Source: Cetorhinus maximus
Taxonomy: Eukaryota
DNA: 64,000 nt
NCBI RefSeq assembly: GCF_964194155.1
Contig: NC_135901.1
Span: forward strand, 372,001-436,000
Direction: 5' to 3'
In this document: positions 38,101 through 51,375 of the stretch, piece by piece
How positions within the stretch are numbered: the first letter of the stretch is position 1
How the letters are laid out: the number at the start of each line of letters is the position of its first letter
The notes under the pieces: model-generated
The model's database searches: none
Seen by the model: the letters and a program-made list of their open reading frames with translations, nothing else
What the model was told of the DNA's origin: nothing
Position numbers and translations under genes: made by a program

Positions 38101-38280
38101 TTCAGTGGAAATGTGCACTCCCAGGCTCAAAGAGCATCAGCTCACTGGAAGCAAAGTTGTGAGACCGGCCAGTCCAGTAGAAAGAAACCCTCTAACCCTC
38201 CCACTTCACCAATTGTCAGAATGAACATGGATCAGTCCTGGATTAACAGCAGCAATAACAGCAGAATCCAACCCCTGCAT

Positions 38281-38955
38281 TCACTTGTGAACTCGCTGGT
38301 GTCTCGGTAAGTGTGATGAACGAGTGAATCCCTTCCCACACACGGAGCAAGTGAACGGCCTTTCCCCAGTGTGAATTCGCTGGTGTGCCCGCAGGTTGGA
38401 GGACTGAATAAATTCCTTCCCACACTCAGGGCAGGCAAATGGTTTCTCCCTGGTGTGAACTCGCTGGTGTGCCCGCAAGTTGGAAGACTGAGTGAATCCC
38501 TTCCCACACTCAGAGCAGATGAACGGCCTCTCCCCGGTGTGAACGCGTTGGTGAGTCCAAAGGTTGGATGACGTTGTAAACCTCTTTGTGCAGTGAGAGC
38601 AGCTGAACGGTCTCTCCTCAGTGTGAATGCGTTGGTGGACCCTCAGATCTGCCGCACTTTTGAAGCTACTCAAACAGTCAGAGCATTTAAAGGGTCTCTC
38701 ATCGGTGTGAGTGATGTGGTGTGCCATCAGGCTGGATGACTGAGTGAATCGCTTCCCACACTCAGAGCAGGTGAACGGCCTCTCCCCAGTGTGAACTCGC
38801 TGGTGCTTCTGCAGGGTGGATGACTGAGTGAATCCCTTCCCACATTCAGAGCAGGTGAATGGCCTCTCCCCAGTGTGACTGCGTAGATGAATCTCCAGCT
38901 CTGATGGAGCTTTGCATCCCTTCCCACAGTCTCCACATTTCCATGGTTTCTCCAT
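38281..38955 (-). CDS. C2H2 zinc-finger protein F, 8 fingers, 224 aa
   Basis: Intact MEKPWKC to HK* ORF followed by the family 3' UTR. Confidence 0.92.
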   Translation of the reverse strand: MEKPWKCGDCGKGCKAPSELEIHLRSHTGERPFTCSECGKGFTQSSTLQKHQRVHTGERPFTCSECGKRFTQSSSLMAHHITHTDERPFKCSDCLSSFKSAADLRVHQRIHTEERPFSCSHCTKRFTTSSNLWTHQRVHTGERPFICSECGKGFTQSSNLRAHQRVHTREKPFACPECGKEFIQSSNLRAHQRIHTGERPFTCSVCGKGFTRSSHLPRHQRVHK

Positions 38956-39584
38956 GGTGCGTCGCCGTGTGTCTCTCCAGATTCAACGATGAGTTGAAGT
39001 CTCGTCCCCACACAGATAATGTGACAGACAACAGTCTCTCACTGCTGTGAATGGTGCGATGTTTGTTCAGATTGTATAACTGGTTAAGTCTCTTTCCACA
39101 GTCAGTACACTGGAACACATCCAGTCACACTGATGTTTAAAACCTTTTGAAGCAGACAGAACAGACAAACATTTCTCCTTCCAGATTCAAAGGCCAGTGT
39201 TTTACACGTCCCAATTAATCAAGTGACTTTGTGAAGTTACGATGTGATGTTTTCAGATTTCTGTCTGCAAATCCTCTCCTAAAATACTGTAAAAAGAATT
39301 TACAAAAGCCATCATTGTCAGTATAGGACAGAAATTCAGAACAGCCAATTCTAGTTGCTTTGGCTTATTCTTTCCTCTCTTGATATACGGGTGGAATGGG
39401 GCTCTACAGAGAGTCAGCATGGACTCATGTTGCTGAATGGACAACTTCTGTGCCTTAATGACTGGAAATATATACAGTACTATATAGGAAAACTAGAAAT
39501 AATAATAAATGTACTTTATTAAAGAACTATAAAAATCTAGCATTTACTGTATTAACACTAGACATACACAATCTATATTCAAAA

Positions 39585-40930
39585 ATAGAGTCATAGAGTT
39601 TTATAGCATGGAAAGAGGCCCTTCAGCCCATCGTGACTGCGCTGGTCATCAAGCCTCTATCTACTCTAATCCTATTTTCCAGCACTTGGCCCATAGCCTT
39701 GTGTGCTATGGCATTTCAAGCGTTCATCTAAATACTTCTTACATGTTGTGATGGTTCCTGCCTCTACCACCCTCTCAGGCAGTGAGTTCCAAAAACCCCC
39801 CACCCTCTGGGTGAAAAAATCTTTCCCCAAATCCCTTCCAAACCTCCTGCTCCTTACCTTAAATCTATGCCCCCTGGTTACTGACCCCTCCACTAAGGGG
39901 AAAGGTTACTTCCTATCTACACTATCTGTGCCCCTCAAAATTTTGCACACCTCAATCAGGTCCCCCCTCAGCCTTCTCTGCTCTAAGGAAAACAACCCCA
40001 GCCTACCTACCCCTTTTTGATCCCTTTTTTTTACTATCATTTTTATTTCTTAATTTTTATTTATCTTTTTCCAACTTATTTTCATTATTATTATTTTTAA
40101 AATTTATTTCAATTTTTATTCATTGTTTTATCCCCAGCTTTTAGCCTTTTCAATCTTTTTTCCCACCACCATCCCCTCCCCCTACCCCATCCCACCCCAC
40201 CCCACCCCACCCCACCCCCACCCCCACTAGGGCCATCTGTCACTTTCAAGAGTGCTTACCCTGGTCCTGCCAATATCACATTCTGCTTTCCACTCTTCAT
40301 GTCTCCATTAGCACCTCCTTTAGCCAGTACCACCACTATTAACAGCCCTTTGACCTTTTGTTTATGACATCTTTCGCAATCTCTCCTTTGCCTCCACCTG
40401 TTACACCTCCTTTAAACAGTATATATTTCACAATATTTCTACTTCCCTTTAGCTCTGAAGAAGTCATATGGACTCAAAACGTTAACTCTGTCTTTTTCTC
40501 CACAGATGCTGTCAGATCTGCTGAGTTTTTCCAGCACTTTTTGTTTTTGTTCCAGCCTATCTAGTCTCTCTTCATAGCTGAAATGATCCAGCCCAGGCAA
40601 CACCCTGGAAAATTTCCTCTGCACCCTCTCCAGTGCAATCACATCCTTCCTACAGTGTGGTGACCAGAATTTCACACAGTACTCCAGATGTGGCCTAACA
40701 CTTTTTACAACTCCATCATGACCTCTCTGCTCTTGTATTCAGTGCCTTGTCGAATAAAGGTAAGTATCCCATATGCCTTCTTAACCACGTTATCTACCTG
40801 TCCTGCTGCCATCAAAGATTGATGGACATACACACCAAGGTCCCTCTGACCCTCTGTACTTCCAAGGGTCCTACCGCTCTCGTGTATTCCCTTGCCTTGT
40901 TAGTCCTCCCAAAATGCATCACCTCACTCT
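39585..40930 (-). mobile_element. CR1 LINE split by a Penelope-like fragment (~40010-40552)
   Basis: CR1 sequence ...ccccagcctac resumes as ccagcctatctagtctc at ~40552. The intervening DNA matches the Penelope-like 3' region. Confidence 0.8.
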
Positions 40931-41223
40931 TTAATGTCCTACCTTACTAGCTTGTCATCTTAAATGTCAGCCATCTCCTGGGGAAATCACCCCTTTAATT
41001 GTGAACATTAGGAAAGAGACCAACCTTTCAACCAGACAAATTAATGTGTCAAGTTGAGGGAACAAAGCATGGCAATGATTTTAAGAGAAAGAGACCTGGG
41101 CCAACCTTTCCAGAGTCTGCACCCTCCCTGGATTCACTTCCTCTCCCTTCAGTTCCTGCAAGTCCATAATTAAAAACTCCAGAATTAAAAAACAAATAGA
41201 AGTAAAAACATTGATTTCCTCAC

Positions 41224-41700
41224 AGAAGTTGCCCAGAAGAGGAAGTTTTGGTCTGAAACTGATTGTCCACCTTTCGCATTGTGACGTCACCGAATCAGCC
41301 AATAGGAATCCCTTTGTTCCGCGGTGACGTCCTCGGGTTCCAGTCTGCAGGCCAGGCGCGCGGACACGGGAGCCCCGCCCCCACCCGTTTTTCCCCCTCC
41401 CCCTGCAACTCCTCGAGACAAGGTTTCCAGGTAACCGGCTGACGGCTCCGGCCAGAGGGAGAAGTCGCTCGGCGAACTCCCCATCCCCCACTCTGTCTAC
41501 GGTGGTTGGTTGGTTCAAGAAGAGATCGAACAACCGCTGGCGGCAACTGCACTGCGCCTGCTCCGGACAGCAGCGCTTTCTGCGCCTGCGCTGCCAGCTG
41601 AGGGAGTGGGGGAAGGGAGTTTACAATATGTCTTCCCCTCATTTTCTTCCAAGTCCTGTAGTTTGATTTTAAACAACACAACATTTGTTTTAGCTTCACA
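41224..41700. promoter_or_regulatory. Bidirectional promoter copy 3 (between F and G) with first exon of F
   Basis: Perfect CRE TGACGTCA 41282-41289, CCAAT 41299-41303, TGCGCCTGCGC and donor GTGAGG at 41223 (minus). Confidence 0.75.
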
Positions 41701-42349
41701 TACTCTAAAAATAGAGGCCGAGTTTCCTCAATTTCTCCTCATAGGAAAATCCTACCCTGCAGGCATTAGTCTGGTGAACTCTTGCTGAACTCCCCCTGTG
41801 ACAAGTATATTCTCCCTTAGGTAAGGAGACCAAAACTGTACTAAACACTCCAGCTAATGGAGGGAGTGTGTGTGGAGGCAGCTACTTACAGCGCTTGGGG
41901 AGTAAGAAAGGAAATAATGTTCCAGAGAAATTAAGAACAGGCAATTCCAGTTTCTATCCTGGACTGAGGGCGCTGACTTTTATAAACTCCTTTGAGAGGA
42001 TATTAGAAGAGGAGGATTTACAGAGATGAAAATCGAACCAAACATCAAGTGAAGAATCGGCAGTCACTCAATTATTGCGCGACCTGAACATCATCGGCCT
42101 TTGAATCTTGAAGGAGAAAACTTTGTCTGTTCTGTGCGCTTCAGAAGATTTTAAAATCAGTGTGACTGAGAAAGGACGAAGACACACACCCGAGTGAGCG
42201 TGTTCCAGTGCACTGACTGTGGCAAGAGCTTTAACCAGTTACACAGCCTGTAAGAACATCACTATTTACAGCTGGGAGAGACTGTACATGTGCTATATGT
42301 GTACGCCTCAGCTGATCAACGAACCTGAAGAGACTAGGAGGCCCACACC

Positions 42350-43108
42350 ATGGAAAAACCATGGAAGTGTGGGGACTGTGGGAATGGATTCAGATCCCCA
42401 TCTCAGCTGGAAATTCATCAACGCAGCCACACTGGAGAGAGACCATTCACCTGCTGTGAGTGTGGGAAGGGGTTCACTCATTCATCTCATCTACTCAGAC
42501 ACCAGCGAATTCACACCAGGGAGAGGCCGTTCACCTGCTCTGAGTGTGGAAAGGCATTCACTACTTCATCCGACCTGCTGACACACCAGCGAATTCATAC
42601 CAGGGAGAGGCCATTCACCTGTTCTGATTGCAGGAAGGGATTTAGTCGGTTATCTCACATGCAGGCACACCAGCGAGTTCACACTGGGGAGAAGCCGTTC
42701 ACTTGCTCTGATTATGGAAAGGGATTCTCTCACTCCTCCAACCTGCGGATACACCAGCGAGTTCACACTGGGGAGAGGCCGTTCAGCTGCTCCGAGTGTG
42801 GTAAGGCATTCATTGATTCATCAAGCCTGCAGATACACCTACGAGTTCACACCAGGGAGAGGCCATTCACCTGCTCTGAGTGTGGGAAGGGATTCAGTCG
42901 GTCATCCTTCCTGAAGGCACACCAGCGGATTCACACCGGGGAGTGGCCACCCACCTGCTCTGAGTGTGGGAAAGCATTCATTGATTCATCCAGCCTGCTG
43001 AGACACCAGCATCTTCACACTGGGGAGAGACCGTTCACCTGCTCTGAGTGTGGGAAGAAATTCAGTCGATCAACCTACCTTCAGAAACATCAGCGAGTTC
43101 ACAAGTGA
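42350..43108 (+). CDS. C2H2 zinc-finger protein G, 9 finger units (5th has C>Y), 252 aa
   Basis: Intact accATGg MEKPWKC to HK* ORF followed by the family 3' UTR. Confidence 0.9.
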   Translation: MEKPWKCGDCGNGFRSPSQLEIHQRSHTGERPFTCCECGKGFTHSSHLLRHQRIHTRERPFTCSECGKAFTTSSDLLTHQRIHTRERPFTCSDCRKGFSRLSHMQAHQRVHTGEKPFTCSDYGKGFSHSSNLRIHQRVHTGERPFSCSECGKAFIDSSSLQIHLRVHTRERPFTCSECGKGFSRSSFLKAHQRIHTGEWPPTCSECGKAFIDSSSLLRHQHLHTGERPFTCSECGKKFSRSTYLQKHQRVHK

Positions 43109-43419
43109 TAACAGGGGTTGGATTCTGCTGTTATTGCTGCCGTCAGTCACATCCCGGAGAGAACCATGTTCATTCTGACGATTGATGAATTGGGAGGGCC
43201 GGAGTGTTTCTTTCTGCTGGACTGGCCGGTCTCATGACTTTGTTTCCAGTGGGCTGATGCTCTTTTAGCCTGGGAGTGCATGTTTCCACTGAACTGACCC
43301 ACAAAAGCTGATGTAGAACATCTATTTTATCCTGGACAGTAAATAGTATTTTTTCTACCACTACAGATAGGTCTCAAATAAATACATTTGTCTCCGTTCC
43401 ATTGGGTCTACAGCACAGG

Positions 43420-43705
43420 GCTTGGCCAGCATTTATTGCCCATCCCTAATTGCCCTTGTTCAGAGGACATTTAAGAGTCAACCACATTGCTGTGGGTCTG
43501 GAGTCACATGTAGACCAGGTAAGGACAGCAGATTTCCTTTCCTAAGGGACATTAGTGAACCAGATGTTGTCATCATCAGACTTTTAATTCCAGATTTTTG
43601 TTTGATTTAATTTTCACCATCTGCTGTGTTGGGATTCAAACCCAGGTCCCCAGAGCATTACCCTGGGTGTCTGGAATACTAGTCCAGTGACAATACCACT
43701 ATGCT
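43420..43705 (-). mobile_element. tRNA-derived SINE (same family as 12746-13056)
   Basis: Reverse-complement match including the B box gggtttgaatccc. Confidence 0.8.
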
Positions 43706-43879
43706 CCACATGAGCCTCCACCCATCCTTATCTAAACCTGCAATAATCTTGTTCACCTCTATCAAAACTCCCCTCAGCCTCCTTTACTCCAAGAAGAACA
43801 ATCCCAGCTTCTCCAACTTAAATTGTAAAAATCCTTCATCCCTGGAACCGTTCTGGTAAATCTCCTCTACACCCTCCGG

Positions 43880-44845
43880 GAACCCTCCGGTTCCACACCT
43901 CCATCATCTCCTCCACCTCAACCCCCTCCCACGGCACCTTCCCATGCAACCTTAGAAGGTGCAACACCTGCCCCTTTGCTTCCCCCCTCCTCATCGTCCA
44001 AGGGCGCTTCACTTGCACTTCCCTAAATTTAGTCTACTGCATTCGCTGCTCCCAAAGTGCTCTCCTCTACATTGGAGAGACCAAACGCAGACTGGGTGAC
44101 CGCTTTGCAGAACACCTTCAGTCTGTCCGCAAGCATGACCCAGACCTCCCTGTCGCTTGCCATTTCAACACACCACCTTGTTCTCATGCCCACATGTCCG
44201 TCCTTGGCCTGATGCAATGTTCCAGTGAAGCTTAATGCAAACTGGAGGAACAGCACCTCATCTCCCAACTAGGCACTTTACAGTCTTCTGGAGTTAATAT
44301 TGAGTTCAACAATTTCAGATCATGAACTCTCTCCTCCATCCCCACCCCCTTTCCGATCCCCCCTTTTCCAATAATTTATAATTTTTTTACAAATATATTT
44401 TTCTTTTCCCACCTATTTTTAAATTTATTTCGATCTATTGTTTCATCTCCACCTTTTAGCCCATTTCGACCCCTTCCCCCCACCCCACCCCCACTAGGGC
44501 CATCTGCTGCTAGCTTGTCCTGCTTTCTACCCTTAATATCTGCATTAGCACATTCCTTAGATAATATCACCACTGTCAATGCCCCTTTGTCTATGACATC
44601 TTTGGCAGTCTCTTCTTGGCGTCCACCTATCACTGCCCCCCTATCGAGCTCTACCTGTCCCACCCCCCTCTACCAGCTTATATTTCACCTCATTTCTATA
44701 TTTCTTAGTTTGATGAAGGGTCATACAGACTCGAAACGTCAACTGTATCCCTCTCCGCAGATGCTGTCAGACCTGCTGAGCTTTTCCAGATATTTTTGTT
44801 TTTGTTCTAGATTTCCAGCATCTGCAGTATTTTGCTTTTATCTTA
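43880..44845 (+). mobile_element. Penelope-like retroelement 3' part with GIY-YIG endonuclease remnant
   Basis: Reads VYCIRCSQSALLYIGETKRRLGDRFAEHLQSVRKHDPDLPVACHFN near 44030-44170, then a terminal repeat with a hammerhead-like motif. Confidence 0.88.
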
Positions 44846-44849
44846 ATTA

Positions 44850-45630
44850 TTATCCTGTCTTTGTTGGAGAGGTGAATTCTTTATGCAGACCTCAGGGAAA
44901 AAAGCTTTGGTTTTGAAGCTAAAAGTTAATTAATTTAAATATCAATTGGACATCCCAACTGGTCTCTGTTACCATGGGGATAAGTGATTCAGGGTGGAGC
45001 CTTGGTTGGAATTCTGCGTGTTTGTCACAGAAAGCAGGCAGTCTGCAGTTCGCTTGGAAGCAGCCAGCTGTGGGACCAGGAGCTGTGAACCAGCTGGAAA
45101 CTTATAGGGCCATTAGGAACTAGGGGTGTTCCTAATGTTTAAATCCCTCAGCAAAAAGGCGGTGAATCCCACGCTTGGACTGAGGAGTCCACAGTTTTGA
45201 GGTCTTAAAGGAAAGTTGGAGGGTTGTTTAGCCAAAAGCTAATGGAAGGACCACCATAAAATCTTGGAACTTGGAGAACAGCTGGAATACTGAGGAGAAT
45301 TAAAGAGAATTCTGGAGAGCTTTGACATATCTTTGGGATGGTCCCAGGAACAGAAGTGAATGAAACTTCAAAATATCGTTAAATATAAATGAATTCATGT
45401 GTTAGGGGTGGGGGGAATTTAAAAAAGTAGAACTGGGTTAATAGTATAAGTCTTTATTAACTATCGTGTTAAGTTCATTGTGCTGGTTTTTAATTTTCTT
45501 TTCTCTTATATTCATAGTAAAGTTTGTTTTCGTTTAAAAATATGGAATCTTGTGGCGTAATTCTTTCAGTTAATCACTGGGTATTCGAATTTCTCTTTAA
45601 AAGTTAATGGTCTCGACTGGGATCCTAACA
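44850..45630 (+). mobile_element. Possible LTR of an unidentified element
   Basis: Non-coding, with an AT-rich tail ending gggatcctaaCA where it abuts the copia remnant. Left boundary unclear. Confidence 0.3.
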
Positions 45631-47775
45631 ATAGCCACAAACAATATTTTGAAACAGAAAGAATATGATTTTCCTTATTTTGTACAAAGCATTACATGAT
45701 GAGACACCCATAGCTAGGATTCCCAATAATTTCTGAGTTCAAGCACTTCTTTTCATGAAATAATCTGATAATTGATGACTAAAATTGGAACTAATTGTTG
45801 TGCTTTCTAAAGCAGGAGGGCTATCGCCCAGCACAGAGGGTAATTTGGGATTTCTCCCATAGACCAATTGATAGGGACTATACCCTCCAACCATCTGAAG
45901 TGAATTCTTTACATGAATCATCCATGCCAGTGCAGTGGTCAACTCGCAGTTTGGCTGATCAGCTAAGATTTTATGCATTTCATTGATCACCGCGTGATTC
46001 CTTTCACAGAGTCCATTGCTGAATGGACTTTCAGCTGTGATGCTCATGAACATAATGTTCATGTTTTCACACACGTCTCTAAACTCATTAGCAAATTCCC
46101 CTCCATTATCAGTCAGAAACTTAGCTGGTGCCCCAGGTCTAGTCCCTATCCATTTCTCCATGACTTGGTCTATAATCACCCTTTTGTCCTTGCCATGTAT
46201 TATGAGAGAAAGACTGAATCGAGTTACTATGTCCATAAAGTGTAGAATGAAAATATTTCTGACTTTGACCCATACCTTTAGATCCATGGCAACTAACTTG
46301 ATCAAGTCACGTGCCGAGGGAAGGTTTACAATAGGATGTGACGGTGTCCTCCAATACTTTTTACAGATTTCACACCTTGCATTAATCTCTTCTACGAGCC
46401 TCGTATACTCTTCATTAACCACCCTGCAGGAGTTTTAATCTTTGACAAGAAGGGTGAGCAAACTGTCGTTGTAGCTTTAAGACAATTTGCTTTTCTTCTC
46501 GCTGATTCTTATCATTGATTCCATTAATCCTTCTCAAACACTCTGATTCGAAACAGCAGGTATTGTTAAAGGGATACGATAATGTCCTGATTGAGTAAAC
46601 TGCAGACTCACTGACTTTCCAAAAAACAGCTGTGTTATCTTGATTCATGTCCAGTTGCAATTGTGCCTTTTATCTAAGGTTTACTCAACAGTGAGGGGAT
46701 CTCATGAAAGACTACACCAGTCCTGATAAAGTGGCTGAATCCAGATATTTTGCATGGAATCACCACTCTTTTTAGTGGCTTCAATGTGTGACATCACCCA
46801 AACCTAAACAAGTTGAACCCTCCTTAACCTTGTGCCTATCTTCACCATGAGGTGAATCTGGGTAACATCTTCACCAATCTGATCCACATACTGTCGAGGT
46901 GCAGCCACTATCTAACACAGCACAGTTGAAAGTGTCTGTGAACAATATACTCATCAATGGACCAAAACTCTATGTGATGAGTACAATTCCTTCAGAGTGA
47001 TAATTGTCATGATCTTCAGCCTCAGAATTCTCTGTGTCACGAGTCACTTTGAAGACCCTGATTTTCCACTTTGGGCAGTTTGGCTCATAATCATATTTTG
47101 AGTTAGTCCTGAAACACTTGTTAATTGTTCCCATTCACCTATTAGTGCTGTTCCAATCCAGATCTGCTAAAGGTGCTTTCATCCTCATTCAAAACCTGTC
47201 AAAGTCCGATTATGCTCACAGGCTTTCTTGTAAATCTCATCAATGAACCCGAATAGAAGATCCAAACATTCATCGATATCCAACTGACAGGCATCCAGCT
47301 CACAAAATACTTCTGTTCTGATTTTACTTTTGTTAGGAAGTGACAGTGCCAAGGACAGACCTTGTTCCCTCCTTGGTTGGGACATAACCCGTGTCCACAT
47401 ATCCACTTCATTCTTCCACTGGTCGTATGGCTCAGACTCCAAGAACAGAGGCTGGGTATCAAACCCTGACAATTGCTTTCAGCCATTTCTCACAAAAATT
47501 ACTGGGACTGTAAGCTTTTGTCCAAAATTTTATTTCTGTTTAGTTTCCATTCTTCGCCATTAGGCAAGCAATCTGTTACCATGACAGCCTTATGGTGAAG
47601 AAAGAAACTGGAGCCAATCTTTTCTTGGTATAGACTTATTCACAGAGTGAAACTTTAGTTATATAACTCCTGACTCCACTCCATGCCAGTAAGTTTCTTT
47701 TTATTTGTGCTCAAGTAACCATCCAAGCAATTCCCTTCACCTATGTATATGTAACCACAGCTGATACAATTAACA
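45631..47775 (-). mobile_element. Ty1/copia-order LTR retrotransposon remnant (5' LTR, PBS, gag, protease, integrase, RNase H tail; RT deleted)
   Basis: LTR starts TGTTA at 47775; PBS-like tggcgaagaatgg 47547-47559; gag YDQWKNEVDMW; protease AVLDSGCTSTVCG (~46880-46925); integrase QFAHPS..CEIC, VAMDLK, TDNGGEF, SPFSNGLCERNH; then QLSDYFMKRSA. Confidence 0.8.
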
Positions 47776-48665
47776 CCCACAGTCAGAGCTTCGAAAGGGT
47801 CTCTAATCAGTGTGACTGCAATGGTGTCTCAGCAGGTTGGATGACTCCGTGAATCCTTTCGCACACTCAGAGCAAGTGAACGGTCTCTCTCCTCTGTGTG
47901 AATTCGGCGGTGCTTCCGCAGGCTGGATGTATCAGCAAATTCCTTCTCACACTCAGAACAAGTGAAAGGCCTCTCCCCAGTGTGAACACGCTGGTGTCTC
48001 AGCTGGTTGGATCCTTTCCCACACAGAGAGCAGGAGAATGGCCTCTCTCCGGTGTGAACTCGCCGGTGCTTCCATAGGCTGGATGAATTTGGGAATCCCT
48101 TCCCACAGTCAGAGCAGGAGAATGGCCTCTCTCCAGTATGAACATGTCGGTGTGCCCGCAGGCTGGTTGACCGAGTGAATCCCTTCCCACACACGGAGCA
48201 AGTGAATGGTCTCTCTCCGGTGTGCGCTATCTGGTGCCGCAGAAGGTTGGTTAACCGAGTGAATCCCTTCTCACACACGGGGCAAGTGAATGGCCTCTCC
48301 CCAGTGTGAACAACACTGTGGTTCTGCAGGGTGGATGATTCACTGAATCCCTTCCCACAGACGGAGCAGATGAACGGCCTCTCCCCAGTGTGAACGCGTT
48401 GGTGCAACCGCAGGTGTGATGACTGAGTGAATCCCTTGCCACACACGGAGCAGGTGAACGGCCTCTCCCCGGTGTGAACTCGCTTGTGTGTAACCAGATG
48501 TGATGCGTGATTGAATCCCTTGCCACACTGAGAGCAGGTGAATGGCCTCTCCCCCGTGTGAATGCGTCGATGAATTTCAAGTGCAGATGGGGAACGGAAT
48601 CTCTTCCCACAGTCCTCACATCTCCACGGTTTCTCTATGGTGCAGGTGTCCTTGTGTCTCTGCAT
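47776..48665 (-). pseudogene. Zinc-finger locus H, probably disabled
   Basis: Family ATG is ATA (48636-48638) with an alternative ATG at 48665. Seven intact fingers, one helix-deleted finger, one more intact finger, a frameshift near 47890, and a 3' end replaced by the LTR element. Confidence 0.7.
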
Positions 48666-49739
48666 GTTCGCCAATCAGCTGAAGCCTCATCTGTACACAG
48701 AATATGTGTACGGCCTCTCTCCGCTGTGAATGGTGCAATGTTTTTTCAGGCTGTGTAACTGGTTAGATCTCTCCCAACAGTCAGTCCACTGAAACACTCA
48801 CACTCAGGGGTGCGTGTCTCTGTGTTTTTCCATTCACATTGATGTTTAAAAATGTCAGAAAGAGGCAGAGCGTCGATGAGTTTCTAGCTATGATGGGGAA
48901 ATCAATCCCTTCCCACAGTCCCCATATTTCCACGGTTTCTCAGAGGACCTGATGTGCTTGTGTCTCTCCAGGCTGGACAATCAGTTGAAGCCTTGTTCAC
49001 AAGCAGACCACCCGGATGATTTTTCCCTGCTGTGAATGGTGTGATTTTTATTCAGTCTGTGTAACTGATTAAAACTCTTTCCACAGTCAGTGCACTGAAA
49101 CACTCTCATTCGGGTGTGTGAATGTCTTGGTGCTTTATCAGTCACAGTGATGTTTGAAATCTTTTTCCACAGACAGAATAGACAAACGTTTACCCTTCCT
49201 CATTCAAAGGCCAGTGATATTCTGGTTCTGCTGAATCAAGTGACAGTGAGATCCTCCCCTTCTAACCTGTAAAATGAGTTTACAGAAGTTATCACTGTAA
49301 ATACAGGATATTTTCTTTTATTCATTCATGGGAAGTGGGCTTTGCTGGCTGGGCCAGCATTTATTGCCCATCCCTAGTTGCTCTTGAGAAGATGGTGGTG
49401 AGCTGCCTTCTTCAGCCGCTGCAGTCCATGTGGTATTAAATATATAAATTCAGAACAGAGAATTCTAGTTTCTATGGAACATTTTTCCCTCTCATTCCTC
49501 CAAATCTATAAATCTCTGTCCCACACACTCCTCTCCCTCTCTGCTCATTGTTCCAGACTCAGTGTCCAGTCTCCAACTTATTCTTTTCTCCTCTCCAGAT
49601 TCTCTCTCCTCCTGTCCTCAAACTGGTGACTCAGGCTGTGGATCAATCCCACTCCTTCACTCTGATTCCACCAAATACTTTGCCTCAAAACAACAAATTA
49701 CCTTCTTTGACTTTAGCAGTGATGTTAAATGAACGCAAA

Positions 49740-50240
49740 TAACCACCTTTTCCCAATTGGGCCTCTGGTTCAGTTTGGTGCCGCAGAGAAGCTGGAAGCG
49801 GCGGATGGTGATTCCGGACCAATAGGAAGAGAGGGGGTGGGACTGGAGGACGAGTTGGAGTTGGGGCTGCTGGTCCTCCAACCAATCGGAGTGAATGAGG
49901 GGCGGGGCCCTAACCGCCTCCCCGGCGCATGCGTGTTGTGGGGCAGAGATTGGAGCATGCGCAGTGCGGGTGCTGGACGATGTCCTGTTGAATCCGTGGG
50001 GGAGAGATGACTTGAGGCAGGATCCGTGAGGGAGAGATGACTTGAGGCAGGAGAGGAATAGAGGCGGCGGGTGGACTTGGAGGCTTCAGAAACACCTCAT
50101 GTAGGCTCCCATATCCCGTGTTTTCAACAAGCGGAACAGCAGTTGAGGTGTTTCTGATGACAGGCCCGAGGGTACCGACCGCACCGCCATCTTGAGAAGG
50201 GAGGGTGTGCAGCCGGGCGCATGCGCGGCGACAGGGCTGA
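49740..50240. promoter_or_regulatory. CpG-rich promoter upstream of H
   Basis: Three CCAAT boxes, GC box GGGGCGGGGC, NRF1 GCGCATGCG sites and YY1-like CCGCCATCTT near 50185. Confidence 0.7.
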
Positions 50241-50294
50241 TGGGATTTGGAACCAGGAAATTCAAACCAAAGATCCTATCAGGATCTGAGCAAG

Positions 50295-50920
50295 TCAGAA
50301 ACAGAAATACCTGGCAAAACTCAGCAGGTCTGACAGCATCGGCGGAGAAGAGCACAGTTGACGTTTCGAGTCCTCATGACCCTTCAACAGAACTAAGTAA
50401 AAATAGGAAAGAGGTGAAACATAAGCTGGTTTAAGGGTAGCGGGGGGAGAAGGGGGTGTTGTTGGGACAAGCAAGCAGTGACAAGAGGAGATAACTAAAA
50501 GATGTCACAGACAAAAGAACAAAGAGGTGTTGGTGGTGATATTATCTAAAAGAATGTGCTAATTAAGAGTGGAGAACAGGACAAGCAAGGTACAGATAGC
50601 TCTAGTGGGGGTGGGGTGAAATAAGACTAAAAGGGCATAAAAGGTATAGATAAACGATGGGTGCAAATACATTTAAAAATAATGGAAATAGGTGGGAAAA
50701 GAAAAATCTATATAAATTATTGGAAAAAAAGAGGGGTAAGAAACGGAAAGGGGGTGGGGATGGAGGAGGGAGTTCAAGATCTAAAATTGTTGAACTCAAT
50801 ATTCAGTCCGGAAGGCTGTGAAGTGCCTAGTCGGAAGATGAGGTGCTGTTCCTCCAGTTTGCGGAACAATGCAGCAAGCCAAGGACAGACATGTATCTGC
50901 AGTTTTTTGTTTTTATCTCA
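50295..50920 (-). mobile_element. Penelope-like element 3' fragment
   Basis: Reverse-complement match to 44190-44845. Confidence 0.85.
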
Positions 50921-50939
50921 ATGTTTTTCTCTCCTGGTC

Positions 50940-51375
50940 ACCGGGACCCTGAAGCCTCGCCCATTACGTTACGTCACCGAGATGGCCGCGCATGCGCTCT
51001 TCTCCCCGCCACCCTCCCCAATCACCTCTCTGCTATTGTGTAACGTCCTGAGCCTCTAATAATGGTTCACCTGGGCCTGTTCCCAGGAAAAAAGCCCCAG
51101 GGCTGTAAACACGGGACCTGCAGGCCCTGATTCTGCCCTTAAGGCCTACATCGGGTGTTTATGAAGCCTCCCCTCACTCCACTCCCCTCCCCGGCTTCAT
51201 TCCTCCCTCAGCCCCGCCCGCTCTCACCCATTTCCAAAAGCCTCTCCCGCACTCGCTGGGCTCCGATCAAAGTGGCACTGCGCATGCTCCAGATAGGTCA
51301 GCACGGCGCCTGCGCACTGGGCTCCTGTGGCGTGTATAGAGCACATTCACACCCGCAGGGCATGTTGGGTATCAG
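50940..51375. promoter_or_regulatory. CpG-rich promoter-like segment with no adjacent gene on the right
   Basis: GCGCATGCGC near 50988, CCAAT, TGCGCATGC, GCGCCTGCGCA and TTACGTCA motifs. Confidence 0.55.

Noticed and set aside
50010-50052. Short tandem duplication in H's promoter and the (CCCCA)n tract near 40180-40225
   Set aside because: Ordinary slippage products; the C-rich tract is part of the Penelope-like 3' region.
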